Assembly (NCBI RefSeq): GCF_964204645.1
Contig: NC_134031.1
Location: forward strand, 9,486,001 to 9,550,000
Direction: 5' to 3'
Length of the DNA stretch: 64,000 nucleotides
From: Tubulanus polymorphus
Lineage: Eukaryota > Animalia > Nemertea
Made by a program: the position numbers and the translations under genes. Position 1 is the first letter of the stretch, and each line of letters opens with the position of its first letter. Under the pieces are notes generated by a model. It was not told the DNA's origin and did not search any database. It saw only the letters and a list, made by a program, of their open reading frames with translations. Shown here piece by piece: positions 1 through 13,994 of the stretch.

Positions 1-1
1 A

Positions 2-1252
2 AGGGGTCATGGAGAGGTTTTGAAAAAGATTTTAAATCTAATTTTTTTTGTATAAAACATTCACCGTATGCATCTATGGTAGTCTCGTGAAAAAATTTTT
101 TTAATATCTTTATCCAAACTCGAGAAAAGCCCGTAGCAACGGCCCTAGCAACAGGACGCACTCGCTTGCACGGTGATGTTGATGACATTCTGAGAACACA
201 TCGCCTGCAGCACCCTCAGAAGCGTTATTATACAATGCTCATTTTCATTGAATATCGCGCTAATTTTACAGTCTTTCGAAATGCCTTGGCTGTGAATAGC
301 TATGAACTGTTCCCACAAAGGCAGCGACAAATTTTAGTGGCCAAAACCAAAAGATTTGGCCCTAAGTTGATGGACCAACAAGAGCGAAAACACCCGGCCT
401 ATGGTGTTAACTAGCTTCACACTTCAGAGAAGGATTCTCGCAAATATTACGGCACACATAAACTTGGATACACAAAACTTATGTTTTTATTATCTTAGAG
501 CCTTTTATCCTGCCCAGTGATGCTATTTTCGAGAATTAAATACGTAGTAAGAGATACGCGCTTTCCACTGCATATAGTACTGGCTTTCCCCAGTGACCCA
601 CATCGCTGTAGTATATACAACATACCGACTGTATGTATGCAGCACACATTACTATTACACGGCCGGGATGGCGCAGGCTTGTCTGGGATTCACGAACAAG
701 TTTACGGTTTCAGGACGCTTTTATGGTCCAGTACTGGATAAAAATATCTCTACCCACAGAAATATCTGCGATGTCTTTATCAGTCATCCCCTCCGCGTGG
801 ATTTTACAGAGGGAATGACTTAATGACGATGAATGCTCGCTGCTCCAGACGTAGAAATATGCTGTACTTTATAGTCACAAATTCCTTCGTTCTAAGGCAT
901 CAGGTCTAAATTAAATGGAATAATTTTGACTGTCTATTAATAACTACTGTTGGCTTCGTAAACATCAGACGTTTGATTGGAATCTGATGTATTTTAGTCA
1001 CTATTTTGCACTTTAATCGCTGTTAGTATCACCTGTTTCTATACACTTACACCATGTTGTTTTGGTTTGGGTTCTCAGAAAGACGTCACACTTCCGGGTT
1101 GGGAAGGAATCAGCGCGGCCGATCAAAAGTCTCATTTTAACACTAATTGAAGAATTAGAAATTAATTTCTTGACCACTGAATCAATAAATAGGGTATAAT
1201 TGATGATAAAAAATACTTTTAGCCATATCTCAAAAACCTCTTCATGACCCCT
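2..1252. mobile_element. Non-autonomous DNA transposon, Kolobok-like
   Basis: TIRs aggggtcatggagaggttttga (2-) and tcaaaaacctcttcatgacccct (-1252); TTAA follows the right end; left TSD is cut by the window edge; no transposase ORF. Confidence 0.6.
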
Positions 1253-2780
1253 TTAATACAATTTAAGATCCATAAATATATTATTATACTCGTAATTTAA
1301 ACATTTATAAGTTATAATACACGCGACTCATCTCTGCTGTGTTACGATACAGCACGCGTGTAAAATATCAGTATGGTAGCATATAATAGCCGTATGTGCC
1401 TATTGATCACAGGATTCCCTGCTGCAATGTGTCTATGTGTAGACTATTTATATCAATTACTTAAGAACACTGCTTGTTCCCACTAATAAACCGGTGTTGA
1501 AAGATAAAACAATACTGACAGAACATAACGCCGTACACAATAAGCCACGGGCCTTAAGAAAATACGGTGAAACCATATGGGTTTTTGTTTGAGAGGATTT
1601 ATCTTTATAACAACAAAGATAAATTCTCTCAAAAAAGAAAAGACGCAAGCCATAAGTTTTTATTATCTCAAACCAGTAGCTCAAATTTCCGGATAATCCA
1701 TAACATTTCATAACAAATAATTGCTCTACTTTTAAAACATTGCTCCCCGTTATCGCAACTCCTCGATCTTAAGTTTTGGCGTTCCTGTAGATAACTACGG
1801 CCACCGCCTCTTCTTTCGATATTTTGGTGTACCGCTTTATCGCTTTTTCGACGGATTTCCATGCTTTGAGGCTGGCAGAATTCATTTTGTTGGTATTTCT
1901 CGTTGTTTTATCTCAATAATGTTTAAGTAGGTAGTAATGTTCTGGTAGTAGGCTATTTATATACATGTATAAGGGCGCAGGGACAATACGTACGGCAGGC
2001 GAACTAGGGGTAATTTACATACTAGGCTACATGCATGACAAACTAGGGGTTACTACAACTATTCAACGTAGACACATTTTTACTCAACACTCTTCCTTCA
2101 AACATCATAACTAAGAAGGGGTAAATTTTATATCTCGTGAAACATATGAACAATAACTTTAGTGCATGTTATTAATGATTTTAGAAAAAGAAACAAACTT
2201 TAATGTAATATTCGTTTTGTAATAATCGTTCGTTATCTAATACAAATTGTGATGATGCAACAATTTGCTACGTACATGGACCGGATAATTGAATAAAAGG
2301 CCACGCAAAATAAGAAGCTTAATATTTATACGACCCTTTCTTTAGAAAAGATAGAAATGATTAAAAGCCGTATTCCATTTATTAGAACTGAACTGCTCGT
2401 AGCTGCTATTCACGAGAGGGTCACGATTGTATGAAAATAAAGTTTTAAAAACGTTGCGTCAGTAGACCTATTTTGTGGCTGTCTGTTATCAAAACCGATA
2501 CTGTCTCGCCGTAAGCACTGCGTTTTCTTAAAAGGTTTTCGGAATTAATACTAGGAGTCTCGTTTTGCTCATGTTAAAACGGCAGATATAGGTCACGTCA
2601 AAAAGTTAAAAAACCCAAACGTAGTACATCGCAACCTACATAATGTATCGTATCATTGATTTTGTCACGAAATATATGGGTTTTTCTCATGTACCGTATA
2701 TAGCGCATAACAAATTCTAACTCTTGGTGAGTAGATTTCAAATACTCGGTCAAGTGCGATTGCAAAATTGGATCAAATTT

Positions 2781-2970
2781 TGGCCGAGTAAACAACTTTT
2801 TAAAATGATGCTCGGCCGAGTGGACCGCCGAATTCTATCGTTTACTCGGCCGAGTAAAGGAATTACTATACTGTACTATTAGCTCGGCTGAGTAAACCGC
2901 CGAATTTAACCACTCACTTGGCCGAGCAAATACCTTCTTCAATTATGCTCGGCAGTGCAAATGCCCGAGT
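2781..2970. repeat. Degenerate tandem repeat with palindromic ctcggccgag core
   Basis: Recurring (ct)cggccgagtaaa variants about every 30-40 bp. Confidence 0.5.
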
Positions 2971-5900
2971 AACTTGATTCTGAATCGGAGTGTTATCAAT
3001 GGTATTAATGATAATTCAACTTAATTTTTCCTTAATTTGCTTTCATAAAACAGTTATAAATCATTGAATTTGGTGAAAAAATTCGAATTTGGTGATTTAA
3101 TTTGAAATTTCTCTTCCCGGATAGAAAGCAGTCAATATCACATATTGAATGAGAGTTCTTTACATTCATGTCAGTATTGGAAATGAACATAACACAGGAT
3201 TTGAAATAAGGCTCAGTATTAGGGGAGACAAGGTGGTGACAAGAATCTTCTTGAACCTTGATAATTAAGCCACTAATGTTCCTCTCGAGTTTACTTCAAG
3301 AGCATGATATATGACTGGCCATCTTAAATTCAATACTGTGCATGATGATAATAAAATTCAAATCTGTGCATGATGATATTAAATTTAAATCTTCTACCTA
3401 GATTAAAGACATCGAATGAGTTCATAATCGCTCAAAATTGAATATTTATCATTGAATATTTAATCGATAGCGCACTCAACAGTATTATTTCGCATAGAAA
3501 TGTAACCTCGGTTTCTAACCAGCTTAGAACCCGGTCAATTGTCCGAGACATATATCATATTGACACACGCATGTGAAAGGCCCCATTTCATCTTAGTGTC
3601 CTGCTAGATGTCCCAAGAAAGGACCATTTCATTAAACTGTCCCTTGAGAAGACCTGATTCATCTTCACACCTCCAGTCTAAGGACCTGATATGGTTAACT
3701 GTTGTTTTGTACAGTTGGAATGTAAAGGATGCTGCTAGGAAGAAAACCTGTTATGTCTAATTTTGTTGCTATATTTCTTTTTCACTTTTGTTTCAGTTCG
3801 ATTATTTAGTCTGTTCCATGGAATATTAGCTGATAAAGTCACAAGTCCTCGTACTGGTTTTGTAATCAATTTTATCAAGGAAGCCATACGATGTGGAGGA
3901 AAATACAGTGCATTTATGTTACAGTTCATGCCGGCCAATATGGTATGTTGTTTTGATTTTTTCAGGATCAAAGGGATATGGGACTTATGTAGTTCGTATC
4001 TATCTCAAAACCAATTAATGGATCCATTGGATTTTCTTGCAAAATGTAAACGGTTCGGACTTAAGTTGAGAAGAATTGTGGGTCCCAATATTTCTGTCAC
4101 ACTAACGGTTGTGTTGACACCAGGTGGAAATTATATTTCATTGTCCCGCTGTTCCGGAAAGCATTGAAATGTCGTGGATTTTTAAACAATTAGCTTTTGT
4201 CACGTGAAATGTCATGGTTTTTGGTTTACCTTTGTTAGCGATATTGAAGTTGGCATTGAGCCAATCATATAAAATCGCGGTACATTTTTTTATGTGAGCA
4301 TTTGTTTCATTGGTTCTTGGCTTAAATATGTATAATCGATGTGATCGAAGACATGGTGAACCTCCGTCGATGACATGGTCAACTTTATTAAAATTCTACC
4401 AAAAACTGTTTTTGGCGGAAAAATTCTTAGCTCTTGCTTATAAAGTTGCAATGACCACGATTGGGGGCGTCGTCTCTACGAGCGAATGTGATTGGCTGTT
4501 TTTTGGATATACGGGGCATTCCGGCGCTACTAAAATATAAATGGGAAAGCCATTAATAGCGAACGTTTCATTGGACTAGGTGCCATATATATGCAAATTT
4601 TTAATGCTCATTGTTGGTGAGAATATAATTATTTCACATAGATATTGTTTCATTTTGATACCCGGTGATTGTGTTGATTGAGATTGAAGTGAAGCGAACG
4701 TTCACTACACAAGGCCTCTACGTGCGTGGGAGTGCTAAACATTTAGACTGTTGCACACACTAACACACGCTCATACAGACTACTATATGGTGATAATGTA
4801 ACGCTGCTTGGCGCATGCACGTTTGGTATGATAACAGGCTGAATAATCGTCGTAGCAGAAGATGAGCGCTGTGTTTTCTGTTTGTAATAAATTGTAATTT
4901 CTTGTGACCTGAAAATACTAAGCAGCAAACTATAGGTATAGGCCGAGGTCTGAATATTGTAGTGGTAAATTCCAGGATTTAAATCTAATACTACGCTCCG
5001 GTGTATTGGAAAAGGTTTCGTTCCCCAGACTCAATATTCAGCCACCCTCTGATGTGTGACATCATATGAATTTTATTTTTCATATTGTGAAAAATGTTTT
5101 TTTGAAAATCTGGAATAGTTTCCCTGCCGCGCCTACCTGTACCCTACGAAACCATAAACAAATGTTTATCTTTGGTCTTAATTGACTAAAAAATTATTCT
5201 TTAAGAAAGATAAAATACAATATAAACTTCTATAACTTTGAAGGCACGAATTAAAAAGATTTTTCAAGCAATGCCCTTACTCCAAACAACCTCCAACTTT
5301 CACGGTAAACCACAATTTGCCCATGGGCAATTTATTTGAACTATAGTGCTGCTTAATTGGTGGAATTATCCTGATTGTATCCATACAAAGTTTATTAAAG
5401 GTTAGTGTCAACGAATGGTCCATTACAGTCCCTCTATTTAATATGGTGAGAGACGCTCTTAACCGGGAAAATCATTGTCTGTTTCATGTCATATGGCCTA
5501 TGTGACTGACCTTGCTTGAGCGTGCGCCGCTGGCGCGCCGCTTCAAAGTTATGAATAAAGTATTTTATAACTGATTGTTAATGGCATACAACAAATAAAC
5601 CTTTAAAGAAAGATACCTAGTGTCTGATATACTGGTGAAAAATTCCGGGTTGATTCACCGCATAGTTTTTTCATAGTGAGCATTTTAGTATATGAATCAA
5701 TTAAGATGATTGACAGGCGCCGGTGCGGCTGTATCAGCTGTTGAAGACGTTCAATGTAAACAATAATATAAACCACGTGCGAGGCAATCAGGGACAACAA
5801 ACTGAGAAACACTGAATTTTTTAATTACATGTGATTTGAATAGGCATCTATGCTGGTTTTTCAAAAAGTCTTAATTGACTTAAAAGTCTTAAAAGAATCT

Positions 5901-6488
5901 TAATTGACTCCTATTGCATAGGCCTAAGCCAGGCCCTCAGATGTGTATGGAATTAAAAAAGGTCATTGGTTCTTGAATTTCTTGTTTGCACGATGCAGCC
6001 CGCAATTCTTGATGGATTTCTGCAGAATTTGGTGTGATGATCAGGGTAGGTAAGCTATCCAAGCCATTTGCATATGGAGGTCATCGGCTTTCAAATATGG
6101 CCACCAGGGCAGCCATCTTGAATTTTTGCACGAAACGGCCTGCAATTCTTGATGCATTTTCATGATACTTAGTGTAAGAATTTTGGTAGGTGAAATGTCT
6201 ACCCCTTTTTGAAAATTGAGGTCAAGTGTGGCCGCCAGAGTTGCCATACATCTTGGATATGCATTTTTTCATGAAGTGTGATGTTTGGGGCAGCTTAAAT
6301 GGGCTCGTCTTTTCATGTTAGTATATATGAACAGAAAATGAACAATATCGCCACATAGCCTATACCATCTTAACTATTTTAACACTTTAGTTGTCGAATA
6401 AACACTATAATCCGTGTAAACTGTAGATAAATGAAGAAATCCCACACTTTGAATTTGAAATTATACGATCAAATTTATTATTACGAAA

Positions 6489-6530
6489 CCACAACGTTTC
6501 GGCTGTTGACTAACAGCCATCATCAGGTGG
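6489..6530 (-). ncRNA. Minimal type I hammerhead ribozyme in PLE pseudo-LTR
   Basis: ccac-CUGAUGA-u-ggcuguu/aacagcc stem II-GAAA-CG-UU-gugg on the minus strand. Confidence 0.8.
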
Positions 6531-6745
6531 AATGACCAGAAAAACAACTAACAAAGCATATAAACTCACAGGATCTAAAATAGAAGCAGTGTGTCAAAAC
6601 TAAAGATAAACAGACCAAGCAATAAACCATCAAGGGGTACCATGGAAACCACAGCAATTCTAAACAGTTCAGAGTAAAATCAAATTATGTAACTATGTGA
6701 AGTGGACCGAAGAGGGTGGCGATAACAGAGTGACACATAGTGACA

Positions 6746-8065
6746 TCAACCCAAATCTAATAAAGAGTTGATGTGTCTGGATAATAATTGGTTATGTGGA
6801 AAAAAACCAGTATTTAAATTAGTAGATAAATTGGATTTCGAAAGTTTACATATAAGGGCTGATTCCACTATGTGTCTCTTATGAATATCTTTACATGGAT
6901 AAATAAGTTTCGAATTCTGAAAGTCAAATTGGTGATTGGTTGTAAAGACATGATTCGCTATTCCACTCTCAGGCTTTTGGTTGCGGATATCTATTTTGTG
7001 TTCTTTAATACGCTGACTGAGATTACGTCCCGTTTCGCCGATGTACATCATATTACAGTCTTTACATGGTATCTTATAGACCCCGGACTCAATTAGCTCA
7101 CTGTTGGGTTTATTTTTGGTTAAAACATTAGTGAGTTTGTTATTATACTGAAAGACTAATCTAGTGTCGATGGTGCTTAATGTGGATTTAAAGCGTTCCA
7201 AAGTAGGTGAATACGGGATTATAATATTCTTTTGAGCTCTGCGTTTTGTGGTCAGGTCGTTATGTCCAAAGTGAGAAATTCGGGCTTTGAAATAAGCTTT
7301 GTTCAAAATTTTGTCTGGATAGGCTAGTTTCTTGAGAGCAGTTCTTATATGTTTGATTTCTTTATCTAAAAACATTTGATCACAAATACGTAGAGCTCGA
7401 AGAAATAATCCTTGGGCTATTCCAATTTTGATGTTCAAAGGAGTAAATGAGAAAAAATGAAGATAAGCTTCAGCGTTAGTCTGTTTTCTATATACAGAGA
7501 ATTTCAAATTTGTTTTGAAATTATGAATGAGTACATCGAGAAACGGGATGCATTTATTTTATTCCCACTCAAAAGTGAAATTCAAAGTAGGATATAAGGA
7601 GTTCAAATAATGTAAGAATCCATTCACATTAAAATCGGGGGAAACTAAACAAAGAATATCATCAACGTAACGTCGCCAAATTTTGGGTCTACTTTCATTG
7701 TAAAGAGGAAGAATTTCACTTTCGACATGTTTCAAAAATAAACCAGCAAGAACAGGGGAAAGTGGATTCCCCATAGCCATACCAAAAATCTGTTCAAAAA
7801 AGTTAGAACCAAATTGAAAATATAAGTTTTTTGTACAAAGTTCAATTAAATCCAAAAGACAATCAACCAGTATATCAAAATGAAAATCTAAAGTAGGTAA
7901 CTTTCTCCTAAGAAAGTCCAAAGTAGGTTCTAAAGGAACATTAGTGAATAAGCTAGCAACATCAAAAGATATAAATTTATCATGCCCAGGAATAACATTT
8001 TTTAAACATTCCAATAAGTCCTGGTTATGGCGTAAATGGGCATTCGAAAATGAGCCACAAATATT
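6746..8065 (-). pseudogene. PLE reverse transcriptase-GIY-YIG endonuclease (in-frame stop at 7559-7561)
   Basis: SFDVASLFTNVP, QIFGMAMGNPLSP, WRRYVDD, (stop)NKCIPFLDV, GVYKIPCKDC..YIGETGRNLSQRIKEH. Confidence 0.92.
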
Positions 8066-8808
8066 TAGATAGTCTAATAAAGAGTTGGTGTGTCTGGATA
8101 ATAATTGGTTATGTGGAGAAAAACCAGTATTTAAATTAGTAGATAAATTGGATTTCGAAAGTTTACATATAAGGGCTGATTCCACTATGTGTCTCTTATG
8201 AATATCTTTACAAGGATAAATAAGTTTCGAATTCTGAAAGTCAAATTGGTGATTGGTTGTAAAGACATGATTCGCTATTCCACTCTCAGGCTTTTGGTTG
8301 CGGATATCTAGTTTGTGTTCTTTAATACGCTGACTGAGATAACGTCCCGTTTCGCCGATTTACATCATATTACAGTCTTTACATGGTATCTTATAGACCC
8401 CGGACTCAATTAGCTCACTGTTGTGTTTATTTTTGGTTAAAACATTAGTATGATGTACATCGGCGAAACGGGACGTAATCTCAGTCAGCGTATTAAACAA
8501 CACAAAATAGATCATATCATATCATATCATGTCTTTACAACCAATCACCAATTTGACTTTCAGAATTCGAACTCTTTATTAGATTTGGGTTGATGTCACT
8601 ATGTGTCACTCTGTTATCGCCACCCTCTTCGGTCCACTTCACATAGTTACATAATTTGATTTTACTCTGAACTGTTTAGAATTGCTGTGGTTTCCATGGT
8701 ACCCCTTGATGGTTTATTGCTTGGTCTGTTTATCTTTAGTTTTGACACACTGCTTCTATTTTAGATCCTTTGAGTTTATATGCTTTGTTACTTGTTTTTC
8801 TGGTCATT

Positions 8809-8850
8809 CCACCTGATGATGGCTGTTAGTCAACAGCCGAAACGTTGTGG
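8809..8850 (+). ncRNA. Minimal type I hammerhead ribozyme in inverted PLE pseudo-LTR
   Basis: ccacCTGATGAtggctgttagtcaacagccGAAAcgttgtgg. Confidence 0.8.
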
Positions 8851-8939
8851 TTTCGTAATAATAAATTTGATCGCATAATTTCAAATTCGAACGTTGGGAT
8901 TTCTTCATTTATTTTAACACTTGTTGCATCGTTACAATG

Positions 8940-11900
8940 TGTCGTATTTCGCCTTGATCAGACCGGATTAAACCATACACCAAGTCAACACATAGAATTA
9001 CGGATCAGCCATGCTTTATTCTCCTTAAAACCTCTTCTGGTCGAATGTAACTGACAAACTTGAATAACACACAGAACAAAACGTACATCAATACATAAAC
9101 ACTACAATCCCTCCCCTTCTAGATAAAAACTGCCCTATCAAACTTTTAAGATTGGAGTGAAACATATTAATGTTATATTAGTTCAAAGAATTATAAGAAT
9201 CCTTTCCAAAAGACTGAAACACAAAATTCAACAACTAAATCTCCTAGTACTTTAAACAAATCCTTCAAGGTGACTAAAATTCCCAAAAAAATGTTTACCT
9301 AAGGAAATGAACATAAATTTTAGTACACGTCAAGAAAGATTAACACCAAATGAGTTCAGAGTAAACACGAATAACAAATCAAAAACCTTGCACGAATCAA
9401 TGGGGTAGACTACCCAGAGACTCTGGCCCTAGACCAGGAGTTATTTTGCCCTTTTAAGATCTAGGTCCATTTGAATAATTAACCACTACAGAAATTCAGT
9501 TCGTAATCTTTGAAACGTTCGGGAACAAACTTAACTCTACCAGAGCGCCTTGGCGGAGTAGACTCTTGCGGCACTGAGTCTTTGTTACCGTTAGAATTTG
9601 AGTCGATTTCCAATTCAACGTCAACGAACGGATCCGGTACATTATCCAGTTCAATATCTGGCTCCGGCTGTTTTGTCGTATCCTGATACTGTTCTAGCGG
9701 AACAGTGGGTTCTACGAATTTACGAAGATGCCCAGTGTTACGCTTATAACGGTTTCCATCTAACGAATCGACGGTAACTTCACTACCAGTCTTATCAACA
9801 ACTCTGAATGGTTTCTCGACAAATTTCGTTGAAAGTTTGTTTTGTTTCGGACCTTTCATCAAAACCACGTCACCGACTGACATGTCGTTAGTGCGCGCAT
9901 TTCTGCGGATATCAGCGTAATCTTTTCCTTTCTGTTTCAATTCCACATCTCGATCACGAACTGCGAGTTCTCTTTGACGTTTTTCATCAGTATATTGAGG
10001 CAGTTTCGATCGAATTTCACGACCGAACATAAGTCTCGCTGGCGTAGCACAGGTGATTGAGTGTGCAGTCGTTCTGTACGCCAACAAGAACTTATACAAT
10101 TCACGCTTCCAGTCTTTCCTTTTGGCCTGTGCAATACGCTTTGCTTTCAACATGGAACGATTTTGCCTTTCAAATTCACCGTTGGCCTGTGGCCACAACG
10201 GAGTGCTTAAACGATGTTCGATTCTGTTTATGTGCAAAAACGATTCGAATTCCTTGGAGACAAACTGTCTCCCATTATCGGTTTTCAACAAGAGCGGAAG
10301 CCCAAATACGGCAAACATTTCTTCCAGCTCTTTGATAACCTTCTCGGACATTATTTCGGTCATTATTGCAACTTCGAAATATCTACTAAAATAATCTACA
10401 ACCGCTAGTACATCTTCACCTCCGGGCATCGGACCCAGTAAATCAGCGGCAGTATCTTGCCACGCGGCTGTGGGCAATTCGATTCGTTTTAACGGCTCGG
10501 GTGTGATGGCTAGCTCACAAGTTGACACCCCTGACAGGAACGGCAACACGATTTGGCGTCTCTGTCAAGCCCTGGCCACCACACCTTAGACCTCAACCTT
10601 TCTTTCGTTTTGACCAAGCCTTGGTGTCTCTCGTGGGCCAAATCGACTTCTTGCTTATGCAAAGTCTCGGGTACGACTAATCGCCATCCACGTAAAAGTA
10701 ACTTTCCTACGACGCACAGTTCATTTCTCACTGATTTTAAATCCGAGGGGCAGTTTCTCCAATCCCCAGATTGAACACAATTTCGAACAACGCACAGTTT
10801 TTCATCTACAGCAGATTCTCGTTCAATTTCACGGATTTTTAACGCATGCGGTGTCGCCTCTTGAGCGATAAAACGCACAAAATCCTCAGTTTCGCTATCT
10901 TCCGCTTCGCATTCCTTCGGCCTATCCAGTAACCTCGACAGCGCATCCGCAGTCATCTGTTTTCCAGGGATATGTCGAACGGCAAAATCAAATTGTTGTA
11001 AACGCAACACCCAACGCTCTATACGGGCAGACGGTTTTGACCTCTCGAAGTAAATAAACACCAGAGGCTTGTGATCTGTAGCAATAGTAAAATGAGTCCC
11101 GTAAAGGTAGGCATGGAAACGTTCGCACGCCTACACATTTCCGAGAGCCTCTTTTTCAGTCTGCGAATATCTGCATTCACGAGTCAGACTGCGACTAGCA
11201 TATGCTATTACGCGTTTCACGCTATCTTGGATTTGAACCAATATGGCTCCCAAACCGACCGGGCTAACGTCCACAATTATTTCAGTGTCAGCACCTCTTT
11301 GAAAATAGGCTAAAGTATCGGTATTACTTAGTGCGTCTTTAAGATCATTGAACCACTCTCCCTGTTCGTCACGCCACTTGAACTTTTCATCCTGACGTGT
11401 TAACCTACGTAATGGTTCAGCGCGTGTTGCAAGATTCGGAATGAAACGGTGACAAAAGTTCACGAGACCCAAGAAGCTTTGAACTTCTTGAACTGATTCT
11501 GGTCTGCGAGCCTGTCTAATGGCCTGTACACGTTCTTCGGTTGGGGAAATCCTGTGTCTCCAAAATAAATGCCCCATAAACTCCAATTCGGGCAATCTAA
11601 ATAGACACTTGTCATTTACTGTAAGTCCCTTTTCCTCCAATTTTAGAAGAACGAACATCAACCTACGATCGTGTTGTTCTTGACCTTGACGGTGGACGAT
11701 CAAATCATCGGAGATATTCTCACAACCTTCGCACGTAGCAACAAACTGCTGAACTACCCTCTGAAATTTCTCCGGAGCGGAGCTTATTCCGAACATCAAG
11801 CGTTTATAACGAAACAGTCCAAGTTGTGTCGAAAATGTTGTAATTACGCGTGATGGTTCATCCAACTCAATTTGATGAAACCCTGATTTTAAATCCAACT

Positions 11901-13793
11901 TACTGAAAACTGTACATCCATTCATACGCTCCAAAAGTTCATCCACTGTCGGAATAGGGTGCCTTTCGCGAACTACAGCCTTATTAGCCTGCCTCATGTC
12001 GACACATAGGCGTATATCGCTGTTCTTTTTCGGAATGATAACAATGGGGCTTACCCAGGGGGTAGGACCCTCGACTGGCTCAATAATATCGTCGCGTAGA
12101 AGTTCATTAATTTTCACCTCTAGTTTATCTCGCATACTGAACGGAATACGATGCGTAGGTTGCGCAACTGGCTCAACCGAAGTATCTATAGAATCGACGC
12201 CTGGTAATCTTTTAATTTCCCAATCCTTTGGAACACGGAGGGAAAACGTTTCTTCATTTCGTCGATGTCCGCTGACATCTTCACTTGATTGACGTCCTAC
12301 TCTGAAGCTACGGTGCCTACTTTGAGCACTCATAATTTTTCGGCTGTCTCCTTTCCGAGCAAGGAACGACCAATTAGATTAACTACGGTAAAATTGGTGT
12401 TTATTTTCCTCCTACCAATTTGAACGTCAGCCGAAAATGTTCCCATTGTCGTGAGAGGATCTTTTGATCCATACGGATACAGTAGTTTTGTTGTTTTTTC
12501 GGAAACACATACTACACGCTGCTTCTTTAAATAACGCCACGTTTCTCTGCCGATTATATTTGTTGTGGAACCCGAGTCAATGAGCATTTTTATCATAACT
12601 CCTCCAATGTTTACGTGTAGTGTTCCACTCTCTAGGTTATCGCAACCATGAATCACGGAAAAAGCATAATCATCGGTTTCCTCATGGACCTGGTTCACTT
12701 TTGCCGATTTACCAGTTTTTACACGGAAATCTTTCTGTGATTTTTTTTTTAGTTTTTAGTTCACAGCGAAATGTCCTTTCAGGTGACACATATTACAAGT
12801 TTTGTCCCTAGCTGGACAGATTGGATCTTTCGACTCGTGCCCTTCACGACCACAGCGAAAACATTTATGTTTCTGACCCCCTTGCTTGTCCGGTATCACG
12901 TCTAGGTTTCTCACCTATCTCCGATCTGTTGCCATGCATACGAATCCGATTAACTTCGCCAACAGCTACTTTTCCTTCCATCTGGCGGGATGATGGTCCA
13001 CTGCTTCGAGACTCCTGGCTAATTAGAGCAACTGATTCAACGTTAAGGGGGCTTGCCCTTGACCTCTTTGAAGAGCTTTCCCCCGAAGCACCGTTGAGAC
13101 ACAACAGTCAATGACTTGATCGCGGATCTGCTCATCGCAGACATCACCAAACTCGCAATTCTGGGCCTGTCGCCTCAGTCTCGTTACGGAAGTATCAACG
13201 GTTTCATCCTGTTTCTGTTTTAGCTGTCTGAAGACGTGTCGTTCATAGGAAATATTCATTTTTTGGTGCAAAGTAAATATGTAATGCACGCAAAGCCTTC
13301 TGGTAACAATCGTCTTCAACGCCCTCTTGCTGGGTTAGCGGTAATGCAGGAACTTCTGGCAAAGTTCTGAAAACAACCTGGACGTCCATACCGGCACAAT
13401 GGAGCAATAAGGCTTTTTTCTGTTCATTATTGAAAACACCTTTCGCTACGACAAAATATTGTATGGCAGAGCGCCATCTTTTCCAGCGAGAACCAGCACT
13501 GGCCGACTCACCATGGCAATCAAATGGCTGCAGCGGCGCCAATTCAACAGGAATGAGCGCCATTTCAGATTTAACTTGCAGTTCGTACTTTCTTCTTTCC
13601 CGATTGATTTAACTCGTCGCCAAAATTGTTGTATTTCGCCTTGATCAGACCGGATTAAACCATACACCAAGTCAACACATAGAATTAAGGATCAGCCATG
13701 CTTTATTCTCCTTAAAACCTCTTCCGGTCGAATGTAACTGACAAACTTGAATAACACACGGAACGAAACGTACATCAATACATAAACACTACA
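8940..13793 (-). mobile_element. Full-length Ty3/Gypsy LTR retrotransposon (Mag-like), decayed
   Basis: 167-bp TG..CA LTRs at 8940-9106 and 13627-13793 (5 mismatches); 5-bp TSD caatg at 8935-8939 and 13794-13798; PBS TGGCGACGAG at 13622-13613; PPT at 9120-9107. Confidence 0.95.
9479..13563 (-). pseudogene. Gypsy gag-pol (Gag, protease, RT, RNase H, integrase), multiply frameshifted
   Basis: LLLHCAG Gag, LIDSGS protease, RLCVDMR/SKLDLKSGFHQ/ISDD RT, YSQTEKEAL RNase H, VDYFSRY..TDNG..NGEFER integrase. Confidence 0.93.
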
Positions 13794-13994
13794 CAATGTA
13801 AATCTTTCTGTAAAACTTTGAATACTGAATGATTCTACTTCTACTGCGTCATGAAGGTACAAGGCCCATGGGCCTCTTGTTAGGATCAACTGTACAATGT
13901 AAATCTTTCTGTAAAACTTTGAATACTGAATGATTCTACTTCTACTGCGTCATGAAGGTATAAGTCCCATGGACCTCTTGTTAGGATCAACTGT
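13794..13994. repeat. 101-bp direct tandem duplication next to the LTR
   Basis: caatgtaaatctttctg...ttaggatcaactgt present twice. Confidence 0.85.

Larger units (their letters stand above)
6428..8911 (-). mobile_element. Penelope-like retroelement, 5'-truncated and rearranged, with inverted pseudo-LTRs
   Basis: RT plus GIY-YIG coding sequence on -; 6428-6765 is an inverted copy of ~8575-8911; endonuclease segment duplicated at ~8066-8448. Confidence 0.92.

Noticed and set aside
840-1060. THAP-domain remnant within the Kolobok-like element
   Set aside because: Too degenerate to read a convincing C2CH motif
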